IMG/VR virus record: IMGVR_UViG_3300017963_000102
Reading direction: 5' to 3' (one strand)
Source of the DNA: a virus
DNA: 44,822 bases
Part shown: positions 8,980-18,300 of the stretch, piece by piece
Layout of the letters: each line of letters opens with the position of its first letter
How positions within the stretch are numbered: position 1 is the first letter of the stretch
Position numbers and translations under genes: made by a program
The notes under the pieces: generated by a model
Told to the model about the DNA's origin: nothing
What the model saw: only the letters and a program-made list of their open reading frames with translations
Databases searched by the model: none

Positions 8980-9717
8980 ATGGCGGACGAGCCAGGAGCG
9001 CTGACGGAGGAGGAGGTTCAGCTCATTGAAGAGGTGCGGGCGAAGGGGGTGCCGCCCAGCGAGGTGCGTGTGGAGACTCCCACCTCGCCGAAACCATCCC
9101 CCGAGCCTGCGCCGGCGAAGCCCGCCGACCAGGCGGTGACGAAGGACAACCTGACGAGCATTCTGGACGAGCGTGAAGCGCGCAAGGAGCAGCTCGCCAG
9201 GGAGGACAAGGCCCGCGACGAGATGCGCCAGCACATCTTCGGCGAGCTGGGCAAGCACGACTCGACGAAGGCCTTCAGCGGCGATCGCAGGGCCCTGGCC
9301 ACGGGCCTGGTCTGGAAGAAGTTTTCGGAGAAGTTTCCCAACGACCAGGTCGGAAAGATGAGCCACGACGACATACTGAAGGGCCTTAGCGAAGCGACGG
9401 AGGTAGTGGCCAAGGAGGAAGAGGCCCTACGGAAGGGAGAGGGCCCGGACGCGGCGGAGGCCTCCGCGAAGCTGGAGAACCAGAACAGGGCGGCGGAGTC
9501 GGGCCCCTCGAGGAGCGCCGGCGCCGCCGGCAGCCGGGGCCCGGTTTCGGCGGACGGTAACACCGGGGCGCTCGCGCGTCCCGCTCTGGGAGTTAATGCA
9601 AGTACCGAGTGGCCGGCGTTCGACGCGGACGTCGAGCGGGCGGTCGCTTCGGAGGTAGAGGCGGTTCAAGAGGGTATCGCGACCGGCAAAATCCCGGTGG
9701 TCCCGGTACCCGAGTAG
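8980..9717 (+). CDS. scaffolding protein (putative)
   Basis: 245-aa product, highly charged and helical (Glu/Lys/Ala-rich), directly between the portal and capsid genes. SD is ACGGAG. Confidence 0.6.
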   Translation: MADEPGALTEEEVQLIEEVRAKGVPPSEVRVETPTSPKPSPEPAPAKPADQAVTKDNLTSILDEREARKEQLAREDKARDEMRQHIFGELGKHDSTKAFSGDRRALATGLVWKKFSEKFPNDQVGKMSHDDILKGLSEATEVVAKEEEALRKGEGPDAAEASAKLENQNRAAESGPSRSAGAAGSRGPVSADGNTGALARPALGVNASTEWPAFDADVERAVASEVEAVQEGIATGKIPVVPVPE

Positions 9718-9870
9718 AAGCGGTTTCCCAATTGGCCCGCCGGCGCGTGCGCACGCCGGTTGTGCTGCGGGTGGCGTGGAAGTGCCGGGATTCACGGAAA
9801 CCCACCCGTAGCCGGGTCAGACTTATGACCAGGAGCGCCCGGGCTCCGCCAACTATGGAGTTGCGGAGCA

Positions 9871-11112
9871 ATGCCATCGAGTAGAGACACGCAGGCCGCG
9901 CTGCTGCGAACCGTGTACCTCCGGAAGATGAGGGCCGGTTTCAACGTGCGGTCCGTTCTGTTGCAAGTCCTTGGACGGAACGAGGAGGAGTACGCCGAGG
10001 GCGAGCAGCTGTCCTTGGTCATGCACAGTGGTGAAGGCGGTGGATGGGGCTGGTCGGACGCCGGCGATCTGCCCCCAGCCGGGCACCAGGAAGTCAACCG
10101 GCACAACTACAACTATGCCCGCCTGTACGGTCGGATCGAGATCGCGGGCAGCCACGTGGAGGGAGCTCGCCGCAGTTACGCAGCTGAGCGGCGCCCCTAC
10201 GACTTCGAGACGACCAACATCCTCAAGCAGATGCGATCCGGGTTCAACTACGAGCTCTACGGATCCGGGGATGGTCTGCTCGCGACGGTCGCGGGGGCGA
10301 CCAGTGCCACCGCGTTCACGGTGGACCACACGAGGGGCCTCAGCAAGGGCATGGTGGTGGACATCCTGCTCAAGGCGAACGGCGCCACGGGTGGCGGGTG
10401 CGTCACGGCCAAGATCAGCGTAGACCGCAGCAACAACACCGTCCGGATCACCTATCCGACCGGCAAGCAGCTCGCGGACTACGCGGACCTGAACTCGAAC
10501 CCGACGAACTACGGGGTCTACCGGCAGAACAGCTACAACCAGTCGGTCATGGGCCTCGGCGGGATCATCTCGACCAGCAACCCGGCGAGCGGTGCCCTGG
10601 GCGGGATCGACCGGACGGTCGCGGGGAACGAGTTCTGGAAGGGCAACGTCTTCGGCAACAGCGGCGTGAGCCGCCGGCCGGAGCTGACCATGATCGAGGA
10701 GGCCCGCGCCGAGGTCGAGCAGTACAGCGACGGGGCGATCAACCTCATCATCTGCGGGTACAACGTGTTCGCGGTTCTCATGGACGAGCTTGTTCACAGC
10801 AAGCGATTCCAGGGGACGGCCACGACGCTCAACGGCTGGGCCACCGCGATGAAGTTCGAGGATCAGATCCCGATTGTGCGTGACCGGCACTGCCCGCCGG
10901 ACAAGATGTTCCTGCTCGATACCTCGAGCTTCACGCTGTACCAGAACAATGACGGGCAGTGGATGAACCAGGACGGGGCGATCCTCAGCCGCGTGCAGAA
11001 CCGCCACGCCTATGAGGCTGCCTGGTTCCGTTTCGTGCAGCTGGTGTGCCACGCGCCCAACGCGAACGCGGTGATCGAGGACCTGGACTACGCGATCCCC
11101 GTAGCGGCGTAG
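9871..11112 (+). CDS. major capsid protein (putative, HK97-fold type)
   Basis: 413-aa ORF after the scaffold gene. Composition and length are typical of an HK97-like major capsid protein. A structured 153-nt leader lies upstream and a hairpin downstream. Confidence 0.7.
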   Translation: MPSSRDTQAALLRTVYLRKMRAGFNVRSVLLQVLGRNEEEYAEGEQLSLVMHSGEGGGWGWSDAGDLPPAGHQEVNRHNYNYARLYGRIEIAGSHVEGARRSYAAERRPYDFETTNILKQMRSGFNYELYGSGDGLLATVAGATSATAFTVDHTRGLSKGMVVDILLKANGATGGGCVTAKISVDRSNNTVRITYPTGKQLADYADLNSNPTNYGVYRQNSYNQSVMGLGGIISTSNPASGALGGIDRTVAGNEFWKGNVFGNSGVSRRPELTMIEEARAEVEQYSDGAINLIICGYNVFAVLMDELVHSKRFQGTATTLNGWATAMKFEDQIPIVRDRHCPPDKMFLLDTSSFTLYQNNDGQWMNQDGAILSRVQNRHAYEAAWFRFVQLVCHAPNANAVIEDLDYAIPVAA

Positions 11113-11172
11113 CGTAGGGCGGGACCGGCAATCGGCCCGCACAAGCAACCAGAAAGTTAGGAGACTGGACCA

Positions 11173-11754
11173 ATGAGTCACGGACTGAATGCTGACGGAA
11201 TGCCGTACGACATGGCGCGTGCGACGTTCTACCCCATGCGTCAAGGCTTGGAGCTCACCACGGCCGGCCTGGGTGGGGGGCAGCTCGCGGCGGCGCAGGC
11301 CGACTCCGAGCTGAACCGGTTCACGATGGCAACCGCCGACACGTTCTACTGGTGGTTCGATCCGCAGGGAGACCTCTGGTACTTCGACTGGGCCAAGGAT
11401 GTTCATGCGGCCGTCCTGTTCGACTCGAGCGGTGGAGCCGCCGACACCGGGATCATCTGGAAGGTCGGGATCAAGGGCGTAGCCGTCGATGAAGCGGTGA
11501 GCGACGGGGCGGTCAGCGCCGACGGGTCGACGACGTTCGACGCGGCCACCATCAGCGCGACCAGCGACCTGCACAAGGCGGGCCCGCGGCATTTGAACAT
11601 GCCGAACACCATCGCGAGCGACGATCTGGCGATGCTCTGGTGCGAGCTCGACGCGGACGGTGACGCGGACGGCGACGAGGTCGGCCTGATCGCGGTGCGT
11701 CTGTACGGCACGTACAACCCCATGAGCGGGGGCGGCTGGCGGGACAAGACGTAG
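11173..11754 (+). CDS. hypothetical structural protein
   Basis: ATG with AGGAG 10 nt upstream. The 193-aa product lies in the head/tail structural block. Confidence 0.65.
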   Translation: MSHGLNADGMPYDMARATFYPMRQGLELTTAGLGGGQLAAAQADSELNRFTMATADTFYWWFDPQGDLWYFDWAKDVHAAVLFDSSGGAADTGIIWKVGIKGVAVDEAVSDGAVSADGSTTFDAATISATSDLHKAGPRHLNMPNTIASDDLAMLWCELDADGDADGDEVGLIAVRLYGTYNPMSGGGWRDKT

Positions 11755-11840
11755 AAACGGCGCTTGAGCGTCGTACTAACAGACCTGGCTGAGGGCCGGC
11801 GCTGCGCGACCGGTGCCCAGTTCAACAGGAGATTTGAGCT

Positions 11841-12740
11841 ATGAAACTCGTCCGGAACCTGGACGCGGTCGGGCCCGCAGGGCGCCCGCCGCGACGTTTG
11901 CGTACGCTCCTCAACCCGAACCCCTGGGGGCGGACGCTGTTTGTGGATTCGAGTCACTCCCGGGCAAGCAACAGCAGGAGTGGCCAGGATCCCGCGCACC
12001 CGCTCAGCACGCTGGTGAACGCGGTGAGCAAGGCCCGCGCCGACGATCAGATCATCGTCGGGAGCGGGCACACGGAGACGGTGAGCACGTCGGAAGGCCT
12101 GGACGTGAGCGTCAATGATCTTCACATCATTGGGCTCGGCCAGGGCCAGCGGCGCCCCAAGATCCAGATCGGCACGTTGGCAGCCGCCAACATGAAGATC
12201 AGCGGGAGCGGCGTGCGTATGGAGAACTTCTGGCTCGACGGGAACCTCGACGCGATCACGAAGCTGTGCGAGGTGACGGGCCACGACTGCATTCTCGACG
12301 ACTGGTTCATCACGCAGACGACGGGCCAGCCCGTGACGGCGCTCCTGCTGACCACGGCGGACCGGTGCAAGGTCCTCGGCCTCGAGGCCGACATGGACGG
12401 CGCCGGCGCAACGCGGTGCATCGACCTGGTCGGCGGCGAGTGGATCGAGATCGCCTATTGCCAGATCGACGGCGACTTCAGCGGCGCCAACATCACGAAC
12501 TCGGCGACTGCCTTCGCCCACGCGAACATTCACCACAACTGGCTGATGAATGAGAACGCGGTGGATGCGAACATCACGGCCCAGGCGACGAGCGACGGTT
12601 TCATTGCACACAACCTGTGCAGGATCGCGACCGACGCCCAGACGACCTGGATCACCGCGGCGGATTGCCACTGGTTCGAGAACTACGGCGTCAACGTCGA
12701 CGGCGAGACTGGCGGCTTGATCGGTAGCGCGTCGTCCTAG
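11841..12740 (+). CDS. right-handed beta-helix (pectate-lyase-fold-like) protein
   Basis: ATG with AGGAG upstream. The N-terminal PLSTLVNAVSKARADDQIIVGSGHTE is followed by repetitive short beta-strand-like segments (ANITNSATAFAHANIHHNWLMNENAVDANITAQ). Confidence 0.5.
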   Translation: MKLVRNLDAVGPAGRPPRRLRTLLNPNPWGRTLFVDSSHSRASNSRSGQDPAHPLSTLVNAVSKARADDQIIVGSGHTETVSTSEGLDVSVNDLHIIGLGQGQRRPKIQIGTLAAANMKISGSGVRMENFWLDGNLDAITKLCEVTGHDCILDDWFITQTTGQPVTALLLTTADRCKVLGLEADMDGAGATRCIDLVGGEWIEIAYCQIDGDFSGANITNSATAFAHANIHHNWLMNENAVDANITAQATSDGFIAHNLCRIATDAQTTWITAADCHWFENYGVNVDGETGGLIGSASS

Positions 12741-12783
12741 TCCGACGTCAACGACAATCAGTAACACCGGGAGGTGCGGAGCC

Positions 12784-13455
12784 GTGAATCTGACACAGCT
12801 GCGGCCGGCCACCCTCGGCTGGCTAGATGACCCGAGAGGCGACCGTTTCGTCGACCATGATTCGTTCGCGCGGCTCGATGTGCTCATCAACACCGCGTAC
12901 AAGGACCTGGTCAACGCGATGGACAACTGCTCGGAGGCGTGGAACGTCAAGGACACGCCCGAGACGCTGACGGTGGGGAGCTCGGCGCGGGAGTACCTGC
13001 TCACCAGCACGGACGTCCGGCGCCCGCTCCTTGCGCGGCGGGTGGAGTCGAGCGGGACGTACACGAACCTGATCGAAGCCCCATGGGGTCGGCGTGACAA
13101 CTACGTCCGCCACCCCATTCCGCGCCTGGGGGCCCAGCCGCCGGACCGGGTCGCGTGGTACCGGGATTCGCAGACCGGCAAGTTCGGCCTGGTCTTCTAC
13201 GACGATTCGCCGGCCTCGCAGAGCGTCGAGGTTTTCTATCAGCAGCTGGTCGAGGACCTCGAGGAAGCCAGCGACATCCCGTACCAGGTACCGCTCCACT
13301 GGCACCACATCATCCCGATCGGCGCGGGCTACTTCGGCAAGGTCCAATCAGAGCGGTCCGTCGCGAAGCTGGGCCCCATGTGGTTCGACTACAAGGCGAA
13401 CATGGTCGCGGATCTGGACAGCATCAGCCGCGGCAAGAGCTGGAGACCCATTTAG
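12784..13455 (+). CDS. putative head-tail adaptor/connector protein
   Basis: GTG start with GGGAGGTG upstream. The 223-aa product sits between the capsid-proximal genes and the large tail protein. The function is assigned from position only. Confidence 0.35.
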   Translation: MNLTQLRPATLGWLDDPRGDRFVDHDSFARLDVLINTAYKDLVNAMDNCSEAWNVKDTPETLTVGSSAREYLLTSTDVRRPLLARRVESSGTYTNLIEAPWGRRDNYVRHPIPRLGAQPPDRVAWYRDSQTGKFGLVFYDDSPASQSVEVFYQQLVEDLEEASDIPYQVPLHWHHIIPIGAGYFGKVQSERSVAKLGPMWFDYKANMVADLDSISRGKSWRPI

Positions 13456-15464
13456 TGCCGAACCGGCGACCCAAGTTCACTGGCCCGTTCCTGGGGCTCA
13501 ACACGACGTTGACACCCCGGGACCTGGATGCGCGGTGGGCGGTCGACGCCCAGAACGTGCTCCTCAGCGACGGGCGTGTCCGGCCGGCCTGGCCCCTGTC
13601 GTTGTGGGGCGGGACGGATCCGGAGGCAGCCTGGCCGGCCGTGACTTGGCAGGAGGGCTGGGTCAGCCCGATGGGCAACCAGATCCATTGGGATTCGCCG
13701 AAGGTCGGCGAGATCATCGTGTTCCAGTCGTACCTGCAAGATCGGGGGTGGCGCTACTGGGCTGCTTACCCTGACGGGCGCGTGCTGGACCTGGCCCCCT
13801 CGCAGCCGCGCCCCGCGTGTTACGTGCCGGCGTACGGACGGCTCTACATGCTGGACGGTGCGGACCCCCGGAAAACCGACGGGACGATCGAGGGGACGGT
13901 GCTCGCCGGTTTGTTTCCGCCGACGGGAGCAGCCCGCCTGGTGCGCGACGACAACACCGAGGGGTGGGCGATCCTCGAGGAGGGCACCTACGAGTACGCG
14001 ATCACGTACTACGACGAGGAGCATGACGTCGAGAGCAATCCGTACAACCTGGGCCAGATCGACATCACGGCGAGTGAGGAGCATCGGGCCCAGATCCAGG
14101 TGACGGGCGAGCCACTTGCGAATCGCCATGTGACCCACTGGCGGCTGTACCGGAAGGACATCCACCTGGGCACGCCGTATTTTCTGCTGCGCAGTCAGAG
14201 GAAGTACGAGGCCGGGAGCTTGTACGACCCGTACGGGACGCGGACCGACCCGACGCCGGCGGAGGGCAACACGACCACGGGCCCCTTCGCGCCGAGCAAA
14301 AACGGCGTGCCGCCCAAGGCGACGGTCGGTTGTGTCTACCGGGACCGGATGTTCTACAACAACTCGGTGACGACCGACGGCCGGGATGACCTGCTGCACT
14401 ACTCGGCGTTCGGCCGACCCGACCACGTGGATCCGGACGACTACGAGACGCTGACCGGAGATGCCCAGAGCGGAATCACCGGTATGGCGGAGTTGCAGAA
14501 GCAGCTGGTTCTTTTGAAGCCCAAGTCGATCTGGGTCCTCAGCGGCACGATCGTGACTTCGACGAACGAGACGATCGCGACGGGCGCGACGGCGCCGAGC
14601 TCGTCGCACTCCCTCGGGAAGACGAAAGCGACCATCGGGTGCGCGAACACCGAGGGCGGGAACGGTGCGATCGTCGTGGGCGAGCCTGAGCGTCTGCACT
14701 TCAACGGCGAGGCCGGTCTGTACTCTTTCGACGGGGTCGCGGAGCGGAACCTGGCCAAGAACATCAAGGACACCTGGCGGACCTTCGCCAAGCGGAGGAG
14801 CGAAACCGAGGGCGAGAAGAACCAGCAGGTGAGCTACGCGGTGGACACGGTCAACCGGATCCTCTTCATCGCGAACGGTGTGCAGCCCTGGGGAGATCCC
14901 GAGATCCTCGCGTACCACTACGGTCGCGAGGGGCCGGACGGAGTCGGCGGCTGGACGTACCTGCGATCGCCCTGGCGTGCCAGGCCGTACTGCTCGGTTG
15001 CCACGACGCTGGGCGACATCCACGAAGCGGAGGATGACGCGGAGGCGACGTTCTACGCGCCGCTGATGGTTGCATGCGCCGACGGCAAGATCCGGATCGG
15101 CAACGACCGGTCCGAGATCCTCGAGATGCCGCGGTTCCGCTATGAAACCCCTCCGCTGCGTCCGCTGGACGGAGGCCTCGCCCACATCTATCAGGTGACC
15201 TGGCTGCACGGCCGGGTGGTCAGCGACGACGACTACCCCCGCGACTTCGAGTTCGGGCACCGAGCCAAACGAGAGGAACAGTACGAGCTGCGGAGGAGAT
15301 CCCTGCGCTACGCGGCTTCGCAGCATCAGCCGATCAGCAGGGAATCGGACGAGATCAGTCTGCTGGTGCAGAGCCCGAGCGGTCTCGGCGACACGATGCA
15401 CTGGCATCCGGATATGGGCCTGGCGGGATGGATCCTCGAGTTCGAGCCCGCCGGCGGTTACTAG
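13455..15464 (+). CDS. large tail structural protein (nozzle/tail-tube-like)
   Basis: GTG 13455 overlaps the upstream TAG by one base (TAGTG). The 669-aa product has coding bias only from this point within the longer 13155..15464 ORF. The function is assigned from position only. Confidence 0.45.
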   Translation: MPNRRPKFTGPFLGLNTTLTPRDLDARWAVDAQNVLLSDGRVRPAWPLSLWGGTDPEAAWPAVTWQEGWVSPMGNQIHWDSPKVGEIIVFQSYLQDRGWRYWAAYPDGRVLDLAPSQPRPACYVPAYGRLYMLDGADPRKTDGTIEGTVLAGLFPPTGAARLVRDDNTEGWAILEEGTYEYAITYYDEEHDVESNPYNLGQIDITASEEHRAQIQVTGEPLANRHVTHWRLYRKDIHLGTPYFLLRSQRKYEAGSLYDPYGTRTDPTPAEGNTTTGPFAPSKNGVPPKATVGCVYRDRMFYNNSVTTDGRDDLLHYSAFGRPDHVDPDDYETLTGDAQSGITGMAELQKQLVLLKPKSIWVLSGTIVTSTNETIATGATAPSSSHSLGKTKATIGCANTEGGNGAIVVGEPERLHFNGEAGLYSFDGVAERNLAKNIKDTWRTFAKRRSETEGEKNQQVSYAVDTVNRILFIANGVQPWGDPEILAYHYGREGPDGVGGWTYLRSPWRARPYCSVATTLGDIHEAEDDAEATFYAPLMVACADGKIRIGNDRSEILEMPRFRYETPPLRPLDGGLAHIYQVTWLHGRVVSDDDYPRDFEFGHRAKREEQYELRRRSLRYAASQHQPISRESDEISLLVQSPSGLGDTMHWHPDMGLAGWILEFEPAGGY

Positions 15465-15476
15465 GAGAGTCAAGCG

Positions 15477-15917
15477 ATGGCTTACAAGAGGTTCAAGTAC
15501 GAAACCACCCTGACGACCGACCAGGCCAACCGCAGTATCGCCGCGTTCCTGATTGCTACGGACTGCCGCGTGCTGCTGCATGGTATCAAGATCGCTCCGA
15601 AGGGTTCGACCGGTGCCTCGTCGCCCGCGGAGTGGGTATGGGGCACGCACGACGCAGCCGGCACGGCGAGCGACGACAACACGTTCTACAAGCTGCCCCC
15701 GACGTTCGCCCAGGAGGTGCTGACGACGGCCCGGAACACGTACACCGCCGAGCCGACCCTGACCGAGGTGTGCAAGATCCACTGTCACCAACAGCAACAG
15801 GTTTTCTGGACGCCACCCATTCAGCCGTTCTTCCTCGAGGAAACCGAGCGATGGGCGCTGAAGATCGTGACGAACCTGGCGGTGGAAGTGGACTACGAGT
15901 TCTATCTCGAGGAGTAG
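15477..15917 (+). CDS. hypothetical structural protein
   Basis: ATG with TAGGAGAG upstream; 146 aa. Confidence 0.7.
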   Translation: MAYKRFKYETTLTTDQANRSIAAFLIATDCRVLLHGIKIAPKGSTGASSPAEWVWGTHDAAGTASDDNTFYKLPPTFAQEVLTTARNTYTAEPTLTEVCKIHCHQQQQVFWTPPIQPFFLEETERWALKIVTNLAVEVDYEFYLEE

Positions 15918-15920
15918 CGT

Positions 15921-16118
15921 GTGCCGCAGGTCGGCGGACAACCTCGCCCGGATCCCTGGCCGATCGTACCGTCGGACCTGAGCCCGCCGGTCTACCCGCA
16001 TCTGCGGGAACCGGTGACGCTGAAGCCGGTGGATCCGCTCGAGGTGGTCGGCAAGCTCGAGGTGATCGAGACCGTCGCGAAGGAGGGCGAGGCGGAGTCG
16101 ATTGCATGGATGTTGTAG
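15921..16118 (+). CDS. hypothetical protein (65 aa)
   Basis: GTG start with GAGGAG 6 nt upstream. It is tightly packed between neighbouring genes. Confidence 0.55.
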   Translation: MPQVGGQPRPDPWPIVPSDLSPPVYPHLREPVTLKPVDPLEVVGKLEVIETVAKEGEAESIAWML

Positions 16119-16814
16119 ATGCCGAAGTTGTTTCCCCATCACGCGCAGGAGCCCGAGCTCGAGCAGGAGTTCGACGGGGTCTGGAACGAGACGGACCGTC
16201 TGCGCGGGCGGGTCGCGGAGCTCGAGGCAAGTCTCACGGCCCTGACCAGCCGGGTGGACGTGCTGGACGTGGACGACGACGGGGAGGACCCCAGCGCCCA
16301 GGGCGCGTGGCGGGCGACGAACTGGTCGCGAACGATCGAGATGGACCAGCCGGTCAGCATCGGCACCACCTACGAGTGGAATTTCCTGTGTGGGGTGTCG
16401 GCGAGCCAGCACTACACGCACGGGCCCATTTACCTGACGCTCCTGGACATCAGACGTCCGACGTCGGAGCTGGCCGTCGAGTGGCGGTTCGGCGACGGCC
16501 GGCGAGCATACAAGCCCTGGCCGAACGACCAGGGTCGCTACGACACAATGTCGTGGGGCGACTGGTGGATCCTGCGGTTCAACGAGATCAACAAGGGCCA
16601 GTACCGGCCGATGCCCACCTGGCTGGGGCCGGACGACCCGGAAAGCGATTGGATGAACATGCCGATCAACTCGGCGCAGCCGGGAGTCGCGGCACGGTTC
16701 AACTTGCAGCTGCGATTCCAGAACACCAGCTTCAGCCGCTGGTGGGTCGCGGCGCACGTGAGCGGCGTGTTCCACGAGCATTACGAGCGGAATTTCTCGA
16801 GGCCGATCCGTTAG
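16119..16814 (+). CDS. hypothetical structural protein
   Basis: The ATG directly abuts the upstream TAG. The 231-aa product is Trp-rich with good codon bias. Confidence 0.7.
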   Translation: MPKLFPHHAQEPELEQEFDGVWNETDRLRGRVAELEASLTALTSRVDVLDVDDDGEDPSAQGAWRATNWSRTIEMDQPVSIGTTYEWNFLCGVSASQHYTHGPIYLTLLDIRRPTSELAVEWRFGDGRRAYKPWPNDQGRYDTMSWGDWWILRFNEINKGQYRPMPTWLGPDDPESDWMNMPINSAQPGVAARFNLQLRFQNTSFSRWWVAAHVSGVFHEHYERNFSRPIR

Positions 16815-16826
16815 GAGACTAAAGCG

Positions 16827-17780
16827 ATGCCCAACGGAAACGACACCTACAACCCGCCACCCGGTTACACGGGACCGGCGGCGACGAGCGGCGGCGGGGA
16901 GCCCCCGGATCCGGCGCAGTGGAACACCGACCAGTGGTGGACTACGCCCGATCTGATGTGGGACTCGCCGACGTCAGCGTTCCTCCAGGGCGGTCAGATC
17001 GCCAGCCCCGAGCTCCCGGCCTGGGCCGGTCAGCCCGGGCAGTACGCGGATCCGCGTGCGTTCTACTCGGAGTACTGGGGTCAGCCGGACGACATGCGCG
17101 AGACCTGGCTTGGGCAGCTGCAATCGCAAGGCACCGGGATGATTGCGACGGAGGAGGCCCGCCAGGCGGCGCTTGCCTCGATCGCCGATGCGATCAGCGG
17201 CGTCCGCGCGGAGCAGGCCGGCTGGGAGACGGATCCGTATCGTGCGATGGTGATGCGAACCCTCGGAGAGCTGGCGACGTCCGAGCGTCCGGTCTTCAGT
17301 GAGCGTGAGGAGGCGGCGAGAAGCCTGGACATCGCCCAGACCGTCGCGCAGAACCTCGCCCAGGCCCAGGCCCGAGCGGCCGGGCGTGGCGTAGCTTCGG
17401 GCGGAGCAGCCGGCGGGATCGAGGCCGGGATCCGCGGGCAGGGCATGGCAGCCGGTACCAGGCTCGGCGCCCTGGTCGACGCGGCGAACGTCGAGGGCCG
17501 GCAGCGTGCGTTGAGCAGCCTGGGCAGACTGACCGGTGCCTACGAGCAGCTCGATCAGTCGTACCTCGATGCGATCAACCAGCTGACGAGGTTCCAAGCG
17601 GGGCTCGAGGCTGACGTTCACTACGAACCCCAGGACCTGTACGCCTTCAAGGCCCTGGCGTTCGAGCGGGAAAAGTACGAGCAGGCGCTTCAGATGGAAC
17701 AGCAAGCCCTCGAGGCGTGGCGTGAGGCCCAGTCGCTTGATTGGACGGACGCCTTGGACTTCTTGTCGGTCTTTGTGTAG
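16827..17780 (+). CDS. putative internal virion/ejection protein
   Basis: ATG with AGGAG upstream. The 317-aa product is Ala/Gly/Gln-rich and helical, in the position of podovirus internal-core genes. Confidence 0.5.
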   Translation: MPNGNDTYNPPPGYTGPAATSGGGEPPDPAQWNTDQWWTTPDLMWDSPTSAFLQGGQIASPELPAWAGQPGQYADPRAFYSEYWGQPDDMRETWLGQLQSQGTGMIATEEARQAALASIADAISGVRAEQAGWETDPYRAMVMRTLGELATSERPVFSEREEAARSLDIAQTVAQNLAQAQARAAGRGVASGGAAGGIEAGIRGQGMAAGTRLGALVDAANVEGRQRALSSLGRLTGAYEQLDQSYLDAINQLTRFQAGLEADVHYEPQDLYAFKALAFEREKYEQALQMEQQALEAWREAQSLDWTDALDFLSVFV

Positions 17781-17791
17781 GAGGTCCGGCG

Positions 17792-18244
17792 ATGGCGGTT
17801 TTTCGAGCAATGCCCACGGGGGGCGCGAACGCCCTGGCGGCGCGACTGAGCCAGGACGCGGCGATGCACCACAACCGGGCTCGCGAGTACCAGCTGGCGA
17901 CGATGAGTATGCCGCGCCGGAAGTGGAACCGGTTCGTCAGCATGGTGGCCAACGTCAAAGCCCGCGAGGAGGCCGAGAAGGAAGCCGAACGCCAGGAGGA
18001 CCGGGCGATGTGGGGAAACATCGGCGGTGCCGGCGGTGGGGCTGCTCTGAGTATGCTCCTGGCCGGCCCGACGGGTGGTGCGTCCCTCGCGATGATGCCG
18101 AGCATGATGGCCGGCGGATCGCAGATCGGGCGGAGCGTGTCCGGTGCGGGCACGCCTGGGGATTTCACGAGCGGGCTCCAGGCGTTTGCGGACCCGCTCA
18201 CGGAGCTGTTCACGGAGAACGACCCGCTCCTGGCGAAGCCGTAG
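17792..18244 (+). CDS. Gly/Ala/Met-rich putative internal virion protein
   Basis: ATG 17792 with AGGAGG 7 nt upstream. The 150-aa product has a hydrophobic Gly-rich segment (GGAGGGAALSMLLAGPTGGASLAMMPSMMAGG). Confidence 0.55.
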   Translation: MAVFRAMPTGGANALAARLSQDAAMHHNRAREYQLATMSMPRRKWNRFVSMVANVKAREEAEKEAERQEDRAMWGNIGGAGGGAALSMLLAGPTGGASLAMMPSMMAGGSQIGRSVSGAGTPGDFTSGLQAFADPLTELFTENDPLLAKP

Positions 18245-18287
18245 AATCATCACACGTGATCATTCGTGATGATTTGTGACGTTTTTT
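18245..18287 (+). promoter_or_regulatory. AT-rich inverted repeat with phased GTGAT repeats and a T-run (operator or attenuator candidate)
   Basis: AATCATCAC (18245..18253) is the reverse complement of GTGATGATT (18266..18274). GTGATCA, GTGATGA and GTGAC start at 18256, 18266 and 18276, 10 nt apart. A T6 run lies at 18282..18287, just before the SD of the next gene. Confidence 0.4.
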
Positions 18288-18300
18288 GGAGGCCTGAGCG

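Noticed and set aside
7323-9029. 568-aa + strand ORF overlapping the portal gene, plus similar alternate-frame ORFs (13094..13774, 15428..16822, 17722..18279).
   Set aside because: They are in the frame whose first position coincides with the G/C-rich third position of the real gene, so stops are rare. The composition is an Arg/Gly/Pro/Ala smear and there are no SD or start signals.
13452-16781. Very long minus-strand ORF (1,109 aa), with similar ones at 9853..11592, 11403..13100, 24595..26085, 26149..28548 and 29365..31413.
   Set aside because: They lie antisense to well-supported + strand genes. Their products are Arg/Pro/Gly/Leu-rich with no motifs. They are the expected stop-poor shadow frames of a high-GC3 genome.
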